Part shown: one piece after another, positions 26,708 through 38,623 of the stretch | Position numbering within the stretch: the first letter of the stretch is position 1 | Layout: each line of letters opens with the position of its first letter | Source of the DNA: Neocallimastix sp. 'constans' | Taxonomy: Eukaryota | DNA length: 46,343 bases | Direction of reading: 5' to 3' | Assembly (NCBI GenBank): GCA_050613775.1 | Contig: JBODTK010000132.1 | Coordinates: 434,001-480,343 of the forward strand | Made by a program: the position numbers and the translations under genes | The notes under the pieces: generated by a model | Told to the model about the DNA's origin: nothing | Databases searched by the model: none | The model's input: only the letters and a program-made list of their open reading frames with translations

Positions 26708-27726
26708 ATTAATTAATATTATTTTCTTTACATTTATATATTATAAATAAATCCATAATCAAAAATTAATATTTATATAAATATTTCAATTTTATTTTTA
26801 TTCAACATTATTTTCAAATAATTCAGAAAAAAGAGTTTATAATGGTTGATAAATCTTTATAATATTATGTTCCTACTTAAAAATTATTACTTAAAAAAAT
26901 TTTTTTTGATAATTAAATATATATATATATAAAATCCTTCGATATATGAATATATTTCTTTTATTCCAATATTTTTGTTTTAAATAAATATAAAACAAGT
27001 AATTTTATATACTAATATATGAAAATAAAAAAATAATTTAGAAAAATCAAATATTTTTATTATATTATACTGAAAAAAGAAGTGCTATTATAAAATAGAA
27101 AAATTGTAATATTCTATAAAAATATATCTAATAAAATATTTATACATACCTTTTAAAAGTTAATAATTAAATTTTACTATTTCTTTTCCTTGTAATGTAT
27201 ATATGTATATATATATATATAATTTATATAATTATTTTAAATATGCTATTAAAACAATGATTTATTATTAAATTCTTTAATATTTTTCATAATTTTTTTA
27301 AAAAAAAAAAATTATTAAAAAAATTAATATAACATAAAAAAAATTAGTATATCTGCAAAGTTCGAAGTAAAAAAAATAATAATGATTAAAATTAATGTTC
27401 ATATATTAAATTTTATTTTATTATTTATCTACTTAATACATTATTTATTTATTTACTTAATTTATTATTTATTTATTTATTTAAATTTATATAATAACAA
27501 AATTAATGATGGAAAATAAAAGAATAATTATTACAAATTAATTTAATTGAAATTTATTATTATTATTATTATAATTATTATTATAATTAATAAGTATATT
27601 TACATTTATGTAAATAAATAAAATTAATACGTTTATTTTAATGTTGTATAAATTTATGTTAGCAATCCATTTAAATATTTTGTGCAACTAGTATATATGC
27701 AACAAATGTATTCACGTGATATACAA

Positions 27727-27771
27727 TTAACAAGTGGAGAGAAGTGTACTATCCACTTCTCTCCTTGTTAA
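27727..27771. other. Strong inverted repeat / stem-loop
   Basis: TTAACAA-GT-GGAGAGAAGTG [TACTATC] CACTTCTCTCC-TTGTTAA: an 11-bp perfect stem plus a 7-bp extension. Confidence 0.8.
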
Positions 27772-27772
27772 C

Positions 27773-27990
27773 ACTTAGGTTATACAATCCTCCCTTCAAA
27801 GGGAAGCTTGGAACTGGAGAAACACTCCGAGAAAAAGTGTACTAGAAAATTCTCAGCAATAATATGCATGTCAGAGAGTCAATACATAATACTCAGTAAG
27901 ACCGTCTAGCAGGGAGAATATCCACCTATACCTTGAGGGGGGTTGGAAATAAGGACGATATACACTTGAAGTAAAAAATTAAAAAAATAA
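27773..27990 (+). mobile_element. Short retroposed insert (5'-truncated non-LTR 3' end or SINE) with A-rich tail
   Basis: GC-rich 218-bp island ending in an A-rich tail, flanked by a perfect 10-bp direct repeat CCTTGTTAAC (27763-27772 and 27991-28000). Its 3' motif is shared with the 7.4-kb insert. Confidence 0.72.
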
Positions 27991-28872
27991 CCTTGTTAAC
28001 CAAAATATTACCTATTATTATATATTATATTAAATAAATAAACATCAATAATTATTTATTTAATTATAATTTATTCATGTATTCATTATTTTATTTTTTT
28101 TTTATAGTAAAACAAAAATAATTTTTTTAAATAATAGTAGTTAATAAATGATTAAATAATCATTTATTAATTAATTGAAATCAATTTTGAAAGTACTGTA
28201 AGTTTATATTATTAATAAAATCAATCATATTATTAATATCTAAAGATGATAAAATTTATGGATTACAATTAATAAAAAAGAAAATTTAAATTTTAATTTA
28301 AAATTTAATATAATTAAAGATTATTTAAAGATTGATCTATTAATGTAATTCTGAAATACATTATTGTTTAAAAATATTTCAATTTATTCTGTATTAATTA
28401 CATTGTATTAATTGTATTTATTAATTTTTAAAATTTATAATTACATTTTTCTATTATCCACAAATGATCAAGTCTTTTTTTTTTTAAATAGTTAGTATTA
28501 TTTTATTAAAAAAAAAAATAAAATTAACTATTTATATTATTAAGAGATGACCTAACAGAAGATATCAATATATATAAAATATTATATATACATATTTATA
28601 AAATATAAAATACTTTACTAAAATTCATTAATAAAAAATATGTATTATTATAAGATATGTAAAATATAAATATAATTATATATATAGTTATATAAAATTT
28701 ACTATATTAAGTATAAAGAATAATATATTTTTAATTTTATTATTTTTTTTAATAATTTTTTGATTGAATTTTATTCGATTAAATATATTAATTTATTTTA
28801 TATAAAAAAAACATATAAAAAAAATTTTTTTTTAAACTTATTTAAATATAAAAAAAAAAAGTTTAAATAAAA

Positions 28873-30708
28873 ATGTGTGATATTATTCCAAAAAAGTTAG
28901 AAACTTCAGAAGAAAAGCATAATTTCATCAATTCTTTCGATAATTTCTTATTTGATTGTGATGGTGTTATCTGGCATGCTAGTACTGTATTAGAAGGTGT
29001 TCGTGAAGTTTTGTACACCTTAAAAAAGATGGTATTTATATATATATATACTGATTAATTTTTAAAATTTCAAAATTACAAGATTTCAAATTCAAAAAAA
29101 TTTAAAACTTTGGATTAAAATATTATATAATATGTATCTATCTTTAAATTAACTTATATTAAATATTTATACGTTAATTAATATTATATTTTTTTTTAAA
29201 TTAGGGCAAAAGAATTATTTATGTTACTAATAACAGTTCTAAATCCAGAGCTACCTACTTAAAGAAATTCCAAAAATTAGATTTACCAGCTACTCTTGTA
29301 AATATTAATTTTTTTTTTTCTTAATATTTAAACATTTTATTATTAATAAATCTGAAAATTGAAAAAAAAAAAAAAAAATAATAAATAAATAAATTTCAAA
29401 GAAAAAATTATTTTTATTTTTATTGTTATTAAATAAATTTATTTAATTTTATATGTAGTCTAAAAATAAGAATAATTATTTTTTTATTATATGTATAATT
29501 AATATAATTAATTAATGTAATGAATTTTAGGATGATATTTTCAGTTCAGCTGTTGCTGCAGCTTACTATGTTAAACATTTTGTTAATATTAAAGAAGACG
29601 AAAAAATTTATGTTGTTGGTGGTGAAGGTATTTGCAGAGAATTAGAAGAACAAGGTGTTCATTGGTGTGGTTCTGATGTAAGATATTATCATCATTGTAG
29701 ATGCGATGATATATTTATACTTTTTATTCTTATATATATATATATCATAATAATAGTAATAATAATAGTAATAGTAATAATAATAGTAATAATAATAGTA
29801 ATAATAATAATAAAATCAATTATTAAATTATTTAATTATATATTTAATAAATGGCGTTTTTACATGAAATTCAAAAATGTAAATTTCATAATTCAAATTT
29901 AATGCTTAAATAATAATATTAATAATATATTAAAAGGATGACAATAAACCAATTTCTGAGGAAGAATTTACAGAAATTCAACCTGACCCAAAAGTTAGAG
30001 CCGTAATGTTCGGTTTTGATGTTAATATTAACTACAGAAAATTTGCCAGAGCTTTTACTTACTTAAATTCAAATCCAGATTGTTTATTCTTAGCTACTAA
30101 CACCGATATGACCTATCCAACCAAACACTTAGAATTCCCAGGTAAATATGAATAAATTAATAAATTAATAAATATAACATAATATAATATAAGATTGTTA
30201 TATAATAAATAATTTCAACAATACTGTTAATGAAAAATAAAAGTAAAATAAATTCAAAGAAAAGAAAAGAAAAGAAAAAAAGTAAATAAATTAATATATA
30301 TATTTTTCCTTTATTAATATTTTAATTTAGGAACTGGTTCTATGATTCATACACTTATTGCTGGTACTAAACGTACTCCAACTGTTTTAGGAAAACCAAC
30401 TACTAATATGATGGATTGCATTATTCAAAAGTAAAATTTTTATAGTTACTATAATAAATTATTAAATCGAATATATAATATTAAATTTATTAAAAAATTT
30501 TTAAATATATATATTTTTTATATATATTCCAAAAGGTTTAATTTAGATCGTTCTAGAACTTGTATGGTTGGTGACAGGTAACGATTTATTATTTTTAAAA
30601 TATAAAATATATTAAAATAAAATAAAAATAAAAATAAATAAATGAATAAACTATTAAATATATACTAAAAATATATTCTAATATTCTAATTAAATTATAT
30701 ATGTAATT

Positions 30709-30745
<37 letters not shown>

Positions 30746-30783
30746 CAATAATAATTAAAATAAAATAAAATAAATAAATAAAA

Positions 30784-30814
<31 letters not shown>

Positions 30815-30963
30815 GACTTATTACTGATATTGCTTTTGGTAAGAACAGTAACTTATCTACTTTACTTGTTTTAACCGGTGTTACTACCGTTGAAGCTATG
30901 AATGAAAGTAAGGATATTAAGCCAAACTATTATATTTCTAGTTTAGGTGATTTACATGCATAA
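28873..30963 (+). CDS. PHO13: HAD-IIA phosphatase (phosphoglycolate / 4-nitrophenyl phosphatase, Pho13-like), 7 exons: 28873-29031, 29205-29297, 29531-29677, 29937-30141, 30331-30430, 30536-30577, 30816-30963; 297 aa
   Basis: Motif I FLFDCDGVIW, motif II YVTNNSSKSR, FLATNTD, motif III LGKP, motif IV MVGDRLITDIAFG, LLVLTGVT. All introns are GT..AG and in phase (894 nt). Confidence 0.93.
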
Positions 30964-31484
30964 ATATAATACAATACAATACAGTAAAATAAAATAAAAA
31001 ATTAATAGATTAAGAATAATATAACATTTAAAAAAAATCTAGTAATAATAATATAAATAATGATTAAAAAAATTAAAAGCTTTTAAATGTATGTTATATT
31101 AAGTAAACATAATAAAAATAAAAAAATAAAAAAATAAAAAATTCTACATTTAAATATAAATATATAAAATTTATATATTATACTTTATATAAATTAGTTT
31201 CATTATTTAATCTAATGTAATAATATGTAATATTAGTATTGGTATTGGAATTAGTATTAATATTAGTAATATAATTATTATAATTATTATTGTATTTATT
31301 GTTGTTATAATTATTAGTAATGTTGTTGTTTGAATTTTATCGATTGAATTATTTAATTATTTAATTTATTTTTTATTTTTTACTACAATTGCTTTACTGA
31401 AATTAGCATTTCTAATAATATTATTAAAGGAAATTTTTGATTAAATAAAAAAAATATATATATTTATATTATTTTATCATAATA

Positions 31485-31635
31485 TATTTTATTTTATTTT
31501 ATTTTATTTTATTTTATTCTATTCAATCTGTACTTTATATTCTTATTCCTCTATTTATTTTGTTTTATTTTATTTTATTCAATATGTACTTTATATTCTT
31601 ATTTTACTATTTATTTTATTTTATTTTGTTTTATT
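31485..31635 (-). repeat. (TTTTA)n microsatellite with two copies of a unit homologous to the repeat at 5781-5872
   Basis: The reverse complement reads AATATAAAGTACAGATTGAATAGAATAAAA and AATATAAAGTACATATTGAATAAAATAAAA. Confidence 0.65.
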
Positions 31636-32579
31636 CCTATAAATTTTAATGATTATAAAAACTGACAAATATAGGGAATTTTTTTTTTTTTCAAAATATT
31701 AAGAATAAAAATAAGATAAAATAAAATAAAATAGATAATGAGTGATTTGAATACCCAACCTTCCATTCTGGAGTTTATATTGTAATGACCTTTTTTTTCT
31801 CATTTTATAGCTTATTTCAAACTTATTTCAGTCTAACACAATAATACAGAATAAATATTTCATAAAAAATCGTTTTCAGTAGACACTCTACTGTTGCACC
31901 AACTCATCTTTCTTGAAATTCAACTATTCAAAAATTTAGTAGTTGTTTTAATTCAATTGAGATACATAAACTGTTAACTATAATATTTTAAATATTATAT
32001 TTTTTTTTGCATTTATGTTAACAACTATTTTATAATATTATAAAGTAGTACATATATGTAATAAATTTATAGTAAAAAATATATATTAATATAACAAATC
32101 CATTACTATAACATCAGATTTTACTATATTTAAGACTATATCCATACTTTTTTTTTTTTTTGAACTATTAATGTTAAACTTGATATACATAATTCATAAT
32201 TTGATATACAAATATTTTTTGTAGTACTTTAATACAAAAAAAATAATTATGATAATTTTATATTGAGTATTGAAATAATATTTCCGCCAAACAAGCAATC
32301 AAAAAAAAAAAAAAAAAAAAAAAAAAACTAATATCAATAAAATAGATAGTATTATATATCCACTAGACTCACTCAAATTTAAAAAATTAATTATTTTATT
32401 TATCATAAAAAATCAATTTCTTAATCAATTTGTTGTGTTGAAGAATGAAAACAGTCATTAGTATTTTGGTCTAATAAACTAGAAGAAGTACTAATAAAGG
32501 TTCTTCTTTACCACTCAATTCATCATTGATTTTTTTAATTGTAAAAAAAAATAAAATTATTATTTATCAGTAAAATATG

Positions 32580-32609
<30 letters not shown>

Positions 32610-32614
<5 letters not shown>

Positions 32615-34484
32615 GTAAGAGTGAGGCTATACTTTTATTACTAATTTATATGTTAGATATAACTGATTGAAGTGATAAATTATCGCTGAATGTAATTCCA
32701 AGATAAGTATGATAAGTATAACATGAAACCTTAGGAATAGAGTACATACCAAGAAAGAAAATGAATTTTCAAAAGAATGAAAATGAACAAAGTTAAGAAC
32801 TTTAATTACCATAGCTGCACATTTATTTATTCCAAATGACAATTTGTTTTTGTCAGCCAATTTAAAGACATAATGAAGAAGTGAATTAATTTTCTCAGTA
32901 CTAGAAGCTGTTAAAACAATATCATATACAAATAAACCTCTACAGCAATTTTTATTTCCAATATTGAACACCGTATTTATCACAGATGTCTTAAACATTA
33001 TTTATAAATAAATTAAATAAAATAGGAGAAAGGAGGTACCCTTGATGCAAACCACGATGAATGTCAAACACATATATGCTATTTCTTAAAGCATGTCAAG
33101 AAAACAAGCACGAGCTTTAGATGTTAACATATAGATTAGAGAGAAAATTAAAGCTTTCACCATGAATAACGATATGAAACAATTTAGTTAAAATATTGAA
33201 ATAGATACTGAATCATAAGCCTTTTTAAAATCTAAGAAGGTTACAAATGTAAGCTTATTATTACTTATTATTAAATTTTCTTCTTAGACAGATTTCTCTG
33301 AGAGAAATATAGAGAGTAATACACTGATACATTCTTCTAGAAGGAGTAGGAGCACGAAAACCTTCTGAGTCATCTTTCTTACAGGAAAGGATAAGAGGGA
33401 AGTGGTCAGATATATCATTGAATGTACTACAAACAGATACCTTATTAATGTATTCCTTCATTTTACAATTAAATAAAACATGATCAATACAGGACGATCT
33501 ACCATCCCGAGCCCATGTGAAATCGAGACCTGATAACTTTTTAGTGAACCACTGATGAGATGATTTATTAAGTAAACTTACTAATTGGGATTTAGACATA
33601 TTAAAGTCACCTACAAGAATAGAAGGTGTATTAGTATGTTTCTTTATCCAATTAGTAATTTCTGAAAAGGCATTCTTTCTTTCTTCCTTATGAGTAACCG
33701 TAGGAACATAAATATTACCAATAATGCATTTAATTCCCCAAAAAGAAGTAATGTTGACAGAAATGATATACTTATATTCAAAGGGATCAGGAGAAAATGA
33801 ACAAGAACGATGTACACTTATACTAAGACCTCTCATACCGGGTATATATGGATCAGCTTTTCGTAAAATTGTATTATAGTGACAAAGAAATGGGTAATTA
33901 TTTGAATGTACATTAAGGTATTGGCTATTACCGACCTCTTGCAAGCAAATACAGATGGGTTTAAAAATTTCATTAAAGTATCTAATACCATCACGTTTTT
34001 CATCATTCCATCCATTAATGTTCCAACTGACACAAAGATTAAAGAACTGAGTAGACGGTGAATAAATATTACTATAAAGAAAATCTTTAGCCATTGATTT
34101 AGTTTCAAAAGAGGAAAATTTGTTGTTAAATTTCTTAACTTCACTGAAAGTTCTGATTTTGTCGGTTTGGATCCAATTAATTTTATTGATTGGAAGGCAA
34201 TGGGTAAGAAGAAATAAAATATTTAGGTAATAAGAGGGTTTATCATAGTTTATCCTTAAAATGAAGTAATTTTCCATATTAGGTGTGTGTGTTTTTATAA
34301 TTCCATGAACTATTTCATTGCAATTGGAAATACGTTTACTAAGAAATTCCCAAAGTTTACTAACAGACCATGATTGAAGATCATGAATAAAGATAAGAAT
34401 GAAATCTTTATTCTGAATATCGTATCTTCAAAGGCCACGCCGCAAAACAGGTATAGTTGCTGAATTTGAAGAAGTATTATCCAT
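32610..34484 (-). mobile_element. Defective APE-type non-LTR retrotransposon: N-terminal region + AP-endonuclease + partial RT, internally deleted
   Basis: EEP/APE motifs SWNING, CLQEV, GNIYVP, LVGDFN, CIDHVL, SDHFPL. These are followed almost immediately by RT pieces LREICLRR, FLDFKKAYDSV, SPILFNLFIN, SFGINKCA, YLGITFSD with frameshifts. An in-frame ATG lies at 34484, with one premature TGA downstream. Confidence 0.9.
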
Positions 34485-35424
34485 TTCAAGAAAGCCTAAA
34501 AAATAAAATAAAAGAAGAATAAAATAAAAAATAATAAAAATAATAAAAAAAAAAAAAAAAAAATAGATAAAAAAAAATTTTTTTTTTTTTATATATATAT
34601 ATAACAAAATAAAATAAAAAATAAAAGAGAAAGTAAATTCCCTTTAAATAGTAAATAAAAAATATTGGTGTTGAATATTTGAAAGCTTGAAATATAAAAT
34701 TGTTCTTGATGATTTAATAGATTATAGATTTTGTAAATAATTGATTTTATCCGGTATAACTGATATAATATTTATAAATTTACACAAGGGTTAGAAATTT
34801 ATTGATACAAAATTACTTGTATATACTGTTAAAATGAATAATTGTTTCTTTTTATCGTTTGACTGATTGTAATTCTTTCAATTAATAAAGCGCTTTAAGA
34901 TGTTAAAAATTTTCTGTTGAATAATCATAAATTAGCTAAAAGTATATTTAAAAAGAAAAAAAAAATTAGTAGAGAAAGACTATAAAAAAGATTCCCATCC
35001 GTTAAATAATGTCTTAAACACAAACTTTGGAGTGAATCAATCTCCTACATTTCCATTTTACAATAGCTACATGAAAGTATAAATAATACTATAGAAAAAT
35101 ACATATACAAAATAATGCTAAAGTAAAAAATACAATAGATTCATTTCAATGATAATATGTAGAAACTACATGATATTATTAATTATACAACTCCAATGTT
35201 ACTACATATCCAGTTTAAATCAATATAAAACATCAGGTTCACTTTCTACAGTCTTCCACTTCCAGTATTCCAGTTTTCACTCTTCGTACTAGAAGCCACT
35301 TTAGAAAGGATAACCATCGATTATCATCAGAATCACAGAAAGCTGTAATTAGTACACCTGATATAGGTTATTCCTTTTCCATCAACCCTTCATGGACCTG
35401 GAAAAACAGTCCACATCATTGGGG

Positions 35425-35578
35425 AATACCATTGTTAATCAGAGAGATACCTCGATAATTGTCACAATCAGATAGATCATCTCCTTTTTAAGGAATAGAT
35501 ATAATACTTGCTTCATTCCAAGAGCTAGGAAATTCTCCATTCCAAATTCTTGAGTTCATCTTTTGTAAACAATTTAAA

Positions 35579-35623
<45 letters not shown>

Positions 35624-37800
35624 CAGGGAAGAGAATACACTTCCAAAACTTTATTAAATTTTATTTTAAAAAAATACATGTAGGTGAAAAGTACATTTGA
35701 AATTAAAAATAAAAAAATTAAAAAATTAAAAAATAAAAAAATAAAAAAGCTCGAAAATACTATGTATTTCGGCAAGTTGTACTATGAGGGAATTTTTCCC
35801 TTCCTAACAAATAAAAAAGAAATAAAACCTAGAAGTAACATCTTTAAAATAGATAGTGTGGTGTCCACCAAACTCTCCCTGGATTCATCATTTATTGAAC
35901 TACTAGGGCAAGATTCATCCTTCGTAGAAATAGATGGCGATCCTGTATTATCATTATGCCTTATCAGTACGACGTCGACGCTCTTGGATAAGTTTGGTAT
36001 TTTGCAATACCTATCAAATAATAGCTCAAACGAACTACTTATGATAGGTATTGCACTTGTTAAGAATTCCGCCAAGCCCACAATTTTTGGAACAGGTGAC
36101 TCAGATGAACCTTTGAAAAGTAGTTCATTTAATTGTCTCTGTTCCCCACTATCGAAATGTAGCTCATTTAAAACTAAAGTCCCACCAAGAAGGAACAAAT
36201 ATATATAATGATTGATATAATCTTCAAAATTAGAAATAGAGTCATAGGAAGAAAGAGGATTAAACGCTCTAATCTTCCTAAGGAATAAAACATAGAGATC
36301 ATCGATGAAATTTAAAGAATTCCATCTAAAAGATGCAAGAGCATCGCATTTAAAAATCCAATGTTCAAAAGATTGTTTATCTTCGCCACAACAGGGGCAA
36401 GACTTGGGACAATCTTCTGAAACTTTACCCATTCTAATAGCAATAGTAGTATTGTATTTATAACCACAGCGTAAACGTATAATCCACGAAAACCCTAAGT
36501 TGAATTGGGGATATTTTAAGCTAAGCATAATTATAGCTTTATTGTTTGAGAACTTATTACAATCGTAATTTTGACCTTTAATACCTTGAAATTTGGAAAC
36601 TAATTTCCAGTAACGTTCTAAAATATCGTCATATTTTTCACATTTATACTTTTTGATTTTTTTATACAGTGTTCTTGATTCTTTAGTCCAGGAATAATGA
36701 TGCATTTTGGGAATAGATTTAATAAAATCCTTTATAATACAGTTTGATTTACTCCATTTTGCAAAATATTTAATCTGTAAGGCTGCGCAGACACCAGCAA
36801 TAGGAGGAATGCTTAGATCTCGAGATAAATCATAAGTACTCATAGTAGAATTATGTCTAATATAGTCATTGTCTTCTGAACTTGTTTTACCATTTTTAGA
36901 GAATGAGCCGATACACCAAAATAGACCAGTATTAATTAATGTTTGAATTCTGGCCGTTCTATATTTGTTTGAACCAAGTAAAGGAGAATAATAAATTACT
37001 TTATTAATAACAAAGGATTGAAGAACTTTTTTTTTGTATGCAATAGGGATAAGTTTATTTGAGAAGAAATGTGTAAATGAAAGAAGGGATTTTCTAACTT
37101 TAAAATGCATGTGAGATAAAATGTGTTCTAGTAAGAGATCATCAGAAAAAGGAATACAAAGATAAATATAACTAGAAACTTTAGGAATAGCATTCATTCC
37201 TAAATAGAAGGTTGGGTCACTATAGTTTGGAGGAGATTGGAAGTTCATTGGTTTTATAACCATAGTTGCACATTTTTCAATACCAAAAGTCATTTCATTT
37301 AAATTAGCCCATCTATGTACCTTTTTTAGTAATTTTTCTAAATTTTTTGCACTTGGAGCAATGAGAACAACATCATCAGCAAAGAGTCCACCACAACACT
37401 TTTTTCTTCCAACATTAACACCATACTTTTCACAGTCATTTAGTATATCATTGATGAATAAATTGAATAAGATCGGAGATAATGGACAACCTTGACGAAC
37501 ACCTCTTTTAATAGAAAATTCATTTGATAACATTGAAGCAAATCGAGAACGAGCTTTAGATGAAATATATAAATTACATCGAAAATCAAAACATTTACCA
37601 CGTACTCCATAATGATATAATTTAGTAAGAATGTTAAAAATAGTAACTGAATCATAAGCTTTTTTAAGATCTAAAAGGAATTTAAACCAGAAGAAGAATT
37701 ATTTACTGAATTTTCTTATCCTGAAAGCATAAGAAAAGTAGTTTGTACATTGAAATAAAGAATTCAACACTGTCTTTTTTATCAAAGGTCCATCCATTAG
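35425..37800 (-). mobile_element. Older decayed non-LTR RT fragment interrupted by the younger copy
   Basis: Removing the insert and one TSD restores NSVNNSSSGLNCLQKMNSRIWNGEFPSSWNEASIISIP*KGDDLSDCDNYRGISLINNGI, the early conserved RT blocks of APE-type elements. Confidence 0.8.
35584..37678 (-). mobile_element. Young 5'-truncated non-LTR retrotransposon (RT C-terminal half + CCHC zinc knuckle + 3' UTR + poly(A))
   Basis: Uninterrupted frame 37677-35782 with LDLKKAYDSV, GVRQGCPLSPILFNLFIND, LFADDVVL and CPCCGEDKQSFEHWIFKC. Pure poly(A) at 35584-35620 and a perfect 13-bp TSD AATTTAAACCAGA (35571-35583 and 37679-37691). Confidence 0.95.
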
Positions 37801-38623
37801 TAAAGGGAAGTAAATGAATAATCGTTTAGTTTTATCTTTTGAATAATTGTAATTCTTTCAATAAATAAAGCTCTTATAAATGTAAAAAAAATTTCTGTTG
37901 AATAATCATAAATTAGCCATTTTTTTTTAATTTCTAAATCTATGATAGTTATTACAATCTAATGGATCACCTTATTATAAACATAAACTTCTGATTTATT
38001 ATTTTATGTTGAAAAATAAACCTCACTACAAACAAAATTAAGCCACCTAGAAATTTAATATTTTATTAACAACCTATTTTTATATATACTTTCTTCTAAA
38101 ACTAAAATTAACACAAATCTAAAATAATTTTATATATTATATATTTTTAATTGTTTGTTTTTGATTTTTTTATTTATTTTATTTTTCTTTTTTGTTTTTT
38201 TTAATTTTTGTTCTGTTTTATTTTTTCTTTTATTTTTTAATTTATTTTTATTATTATTATTTTAAATTAATTTTATTTTATTTTTTTTTTTTTGAAATAA
38301 ATATTTTAATAATAATAGCATTTTTTTTAATTAAATTTTTTTGTTGGTTTTATTTATTTTATTTATTATTTTATATAATAAATAACTCTATATCTATATT
38401 TTATTTTTTGAAATAAATTAGCTTTCATCATTATATATTTATATAAATATTACTAACTAATTACTCTATATTTTATTTTATTGGAAATAGAATTTTATAA
38501 AGCTTTTTTTTTTTTTTAAAAAAAAACGTTATTTTTAAAGCTTTCTTTTTTTTTCAGCTTTAAATATTCTTATTCCATTCAGCTTTAATTTATTACTATT
38601 AATAATAATTATTATTAATTTAC

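Larger units (their letters stand above)
34832..37917. repeat. ~105-bp diverged direct repeat pair (34832-34936 and 37812-37917)
   Basis: AAATGAATAAT...ATTGTAATTCTTTCAAT...TTTCTGTTGAATAATCATAAATTAGC is present twice, roughly 85-90% identical by eye. Confidence 0.8.

Noticed and set aside
27740..27755. AAGTGTACTATC resembling the U2 snRNA branch-pairing region AAGTGTAGTATC
   Set aside because: The critical GTAGTA is altered and the flanking U2 stem I and Sm site are absent.
31740..31990. GC-richer patch, possible transposase relic
   Set aside because: No motif I could assign with confidence; needs BLASTX.
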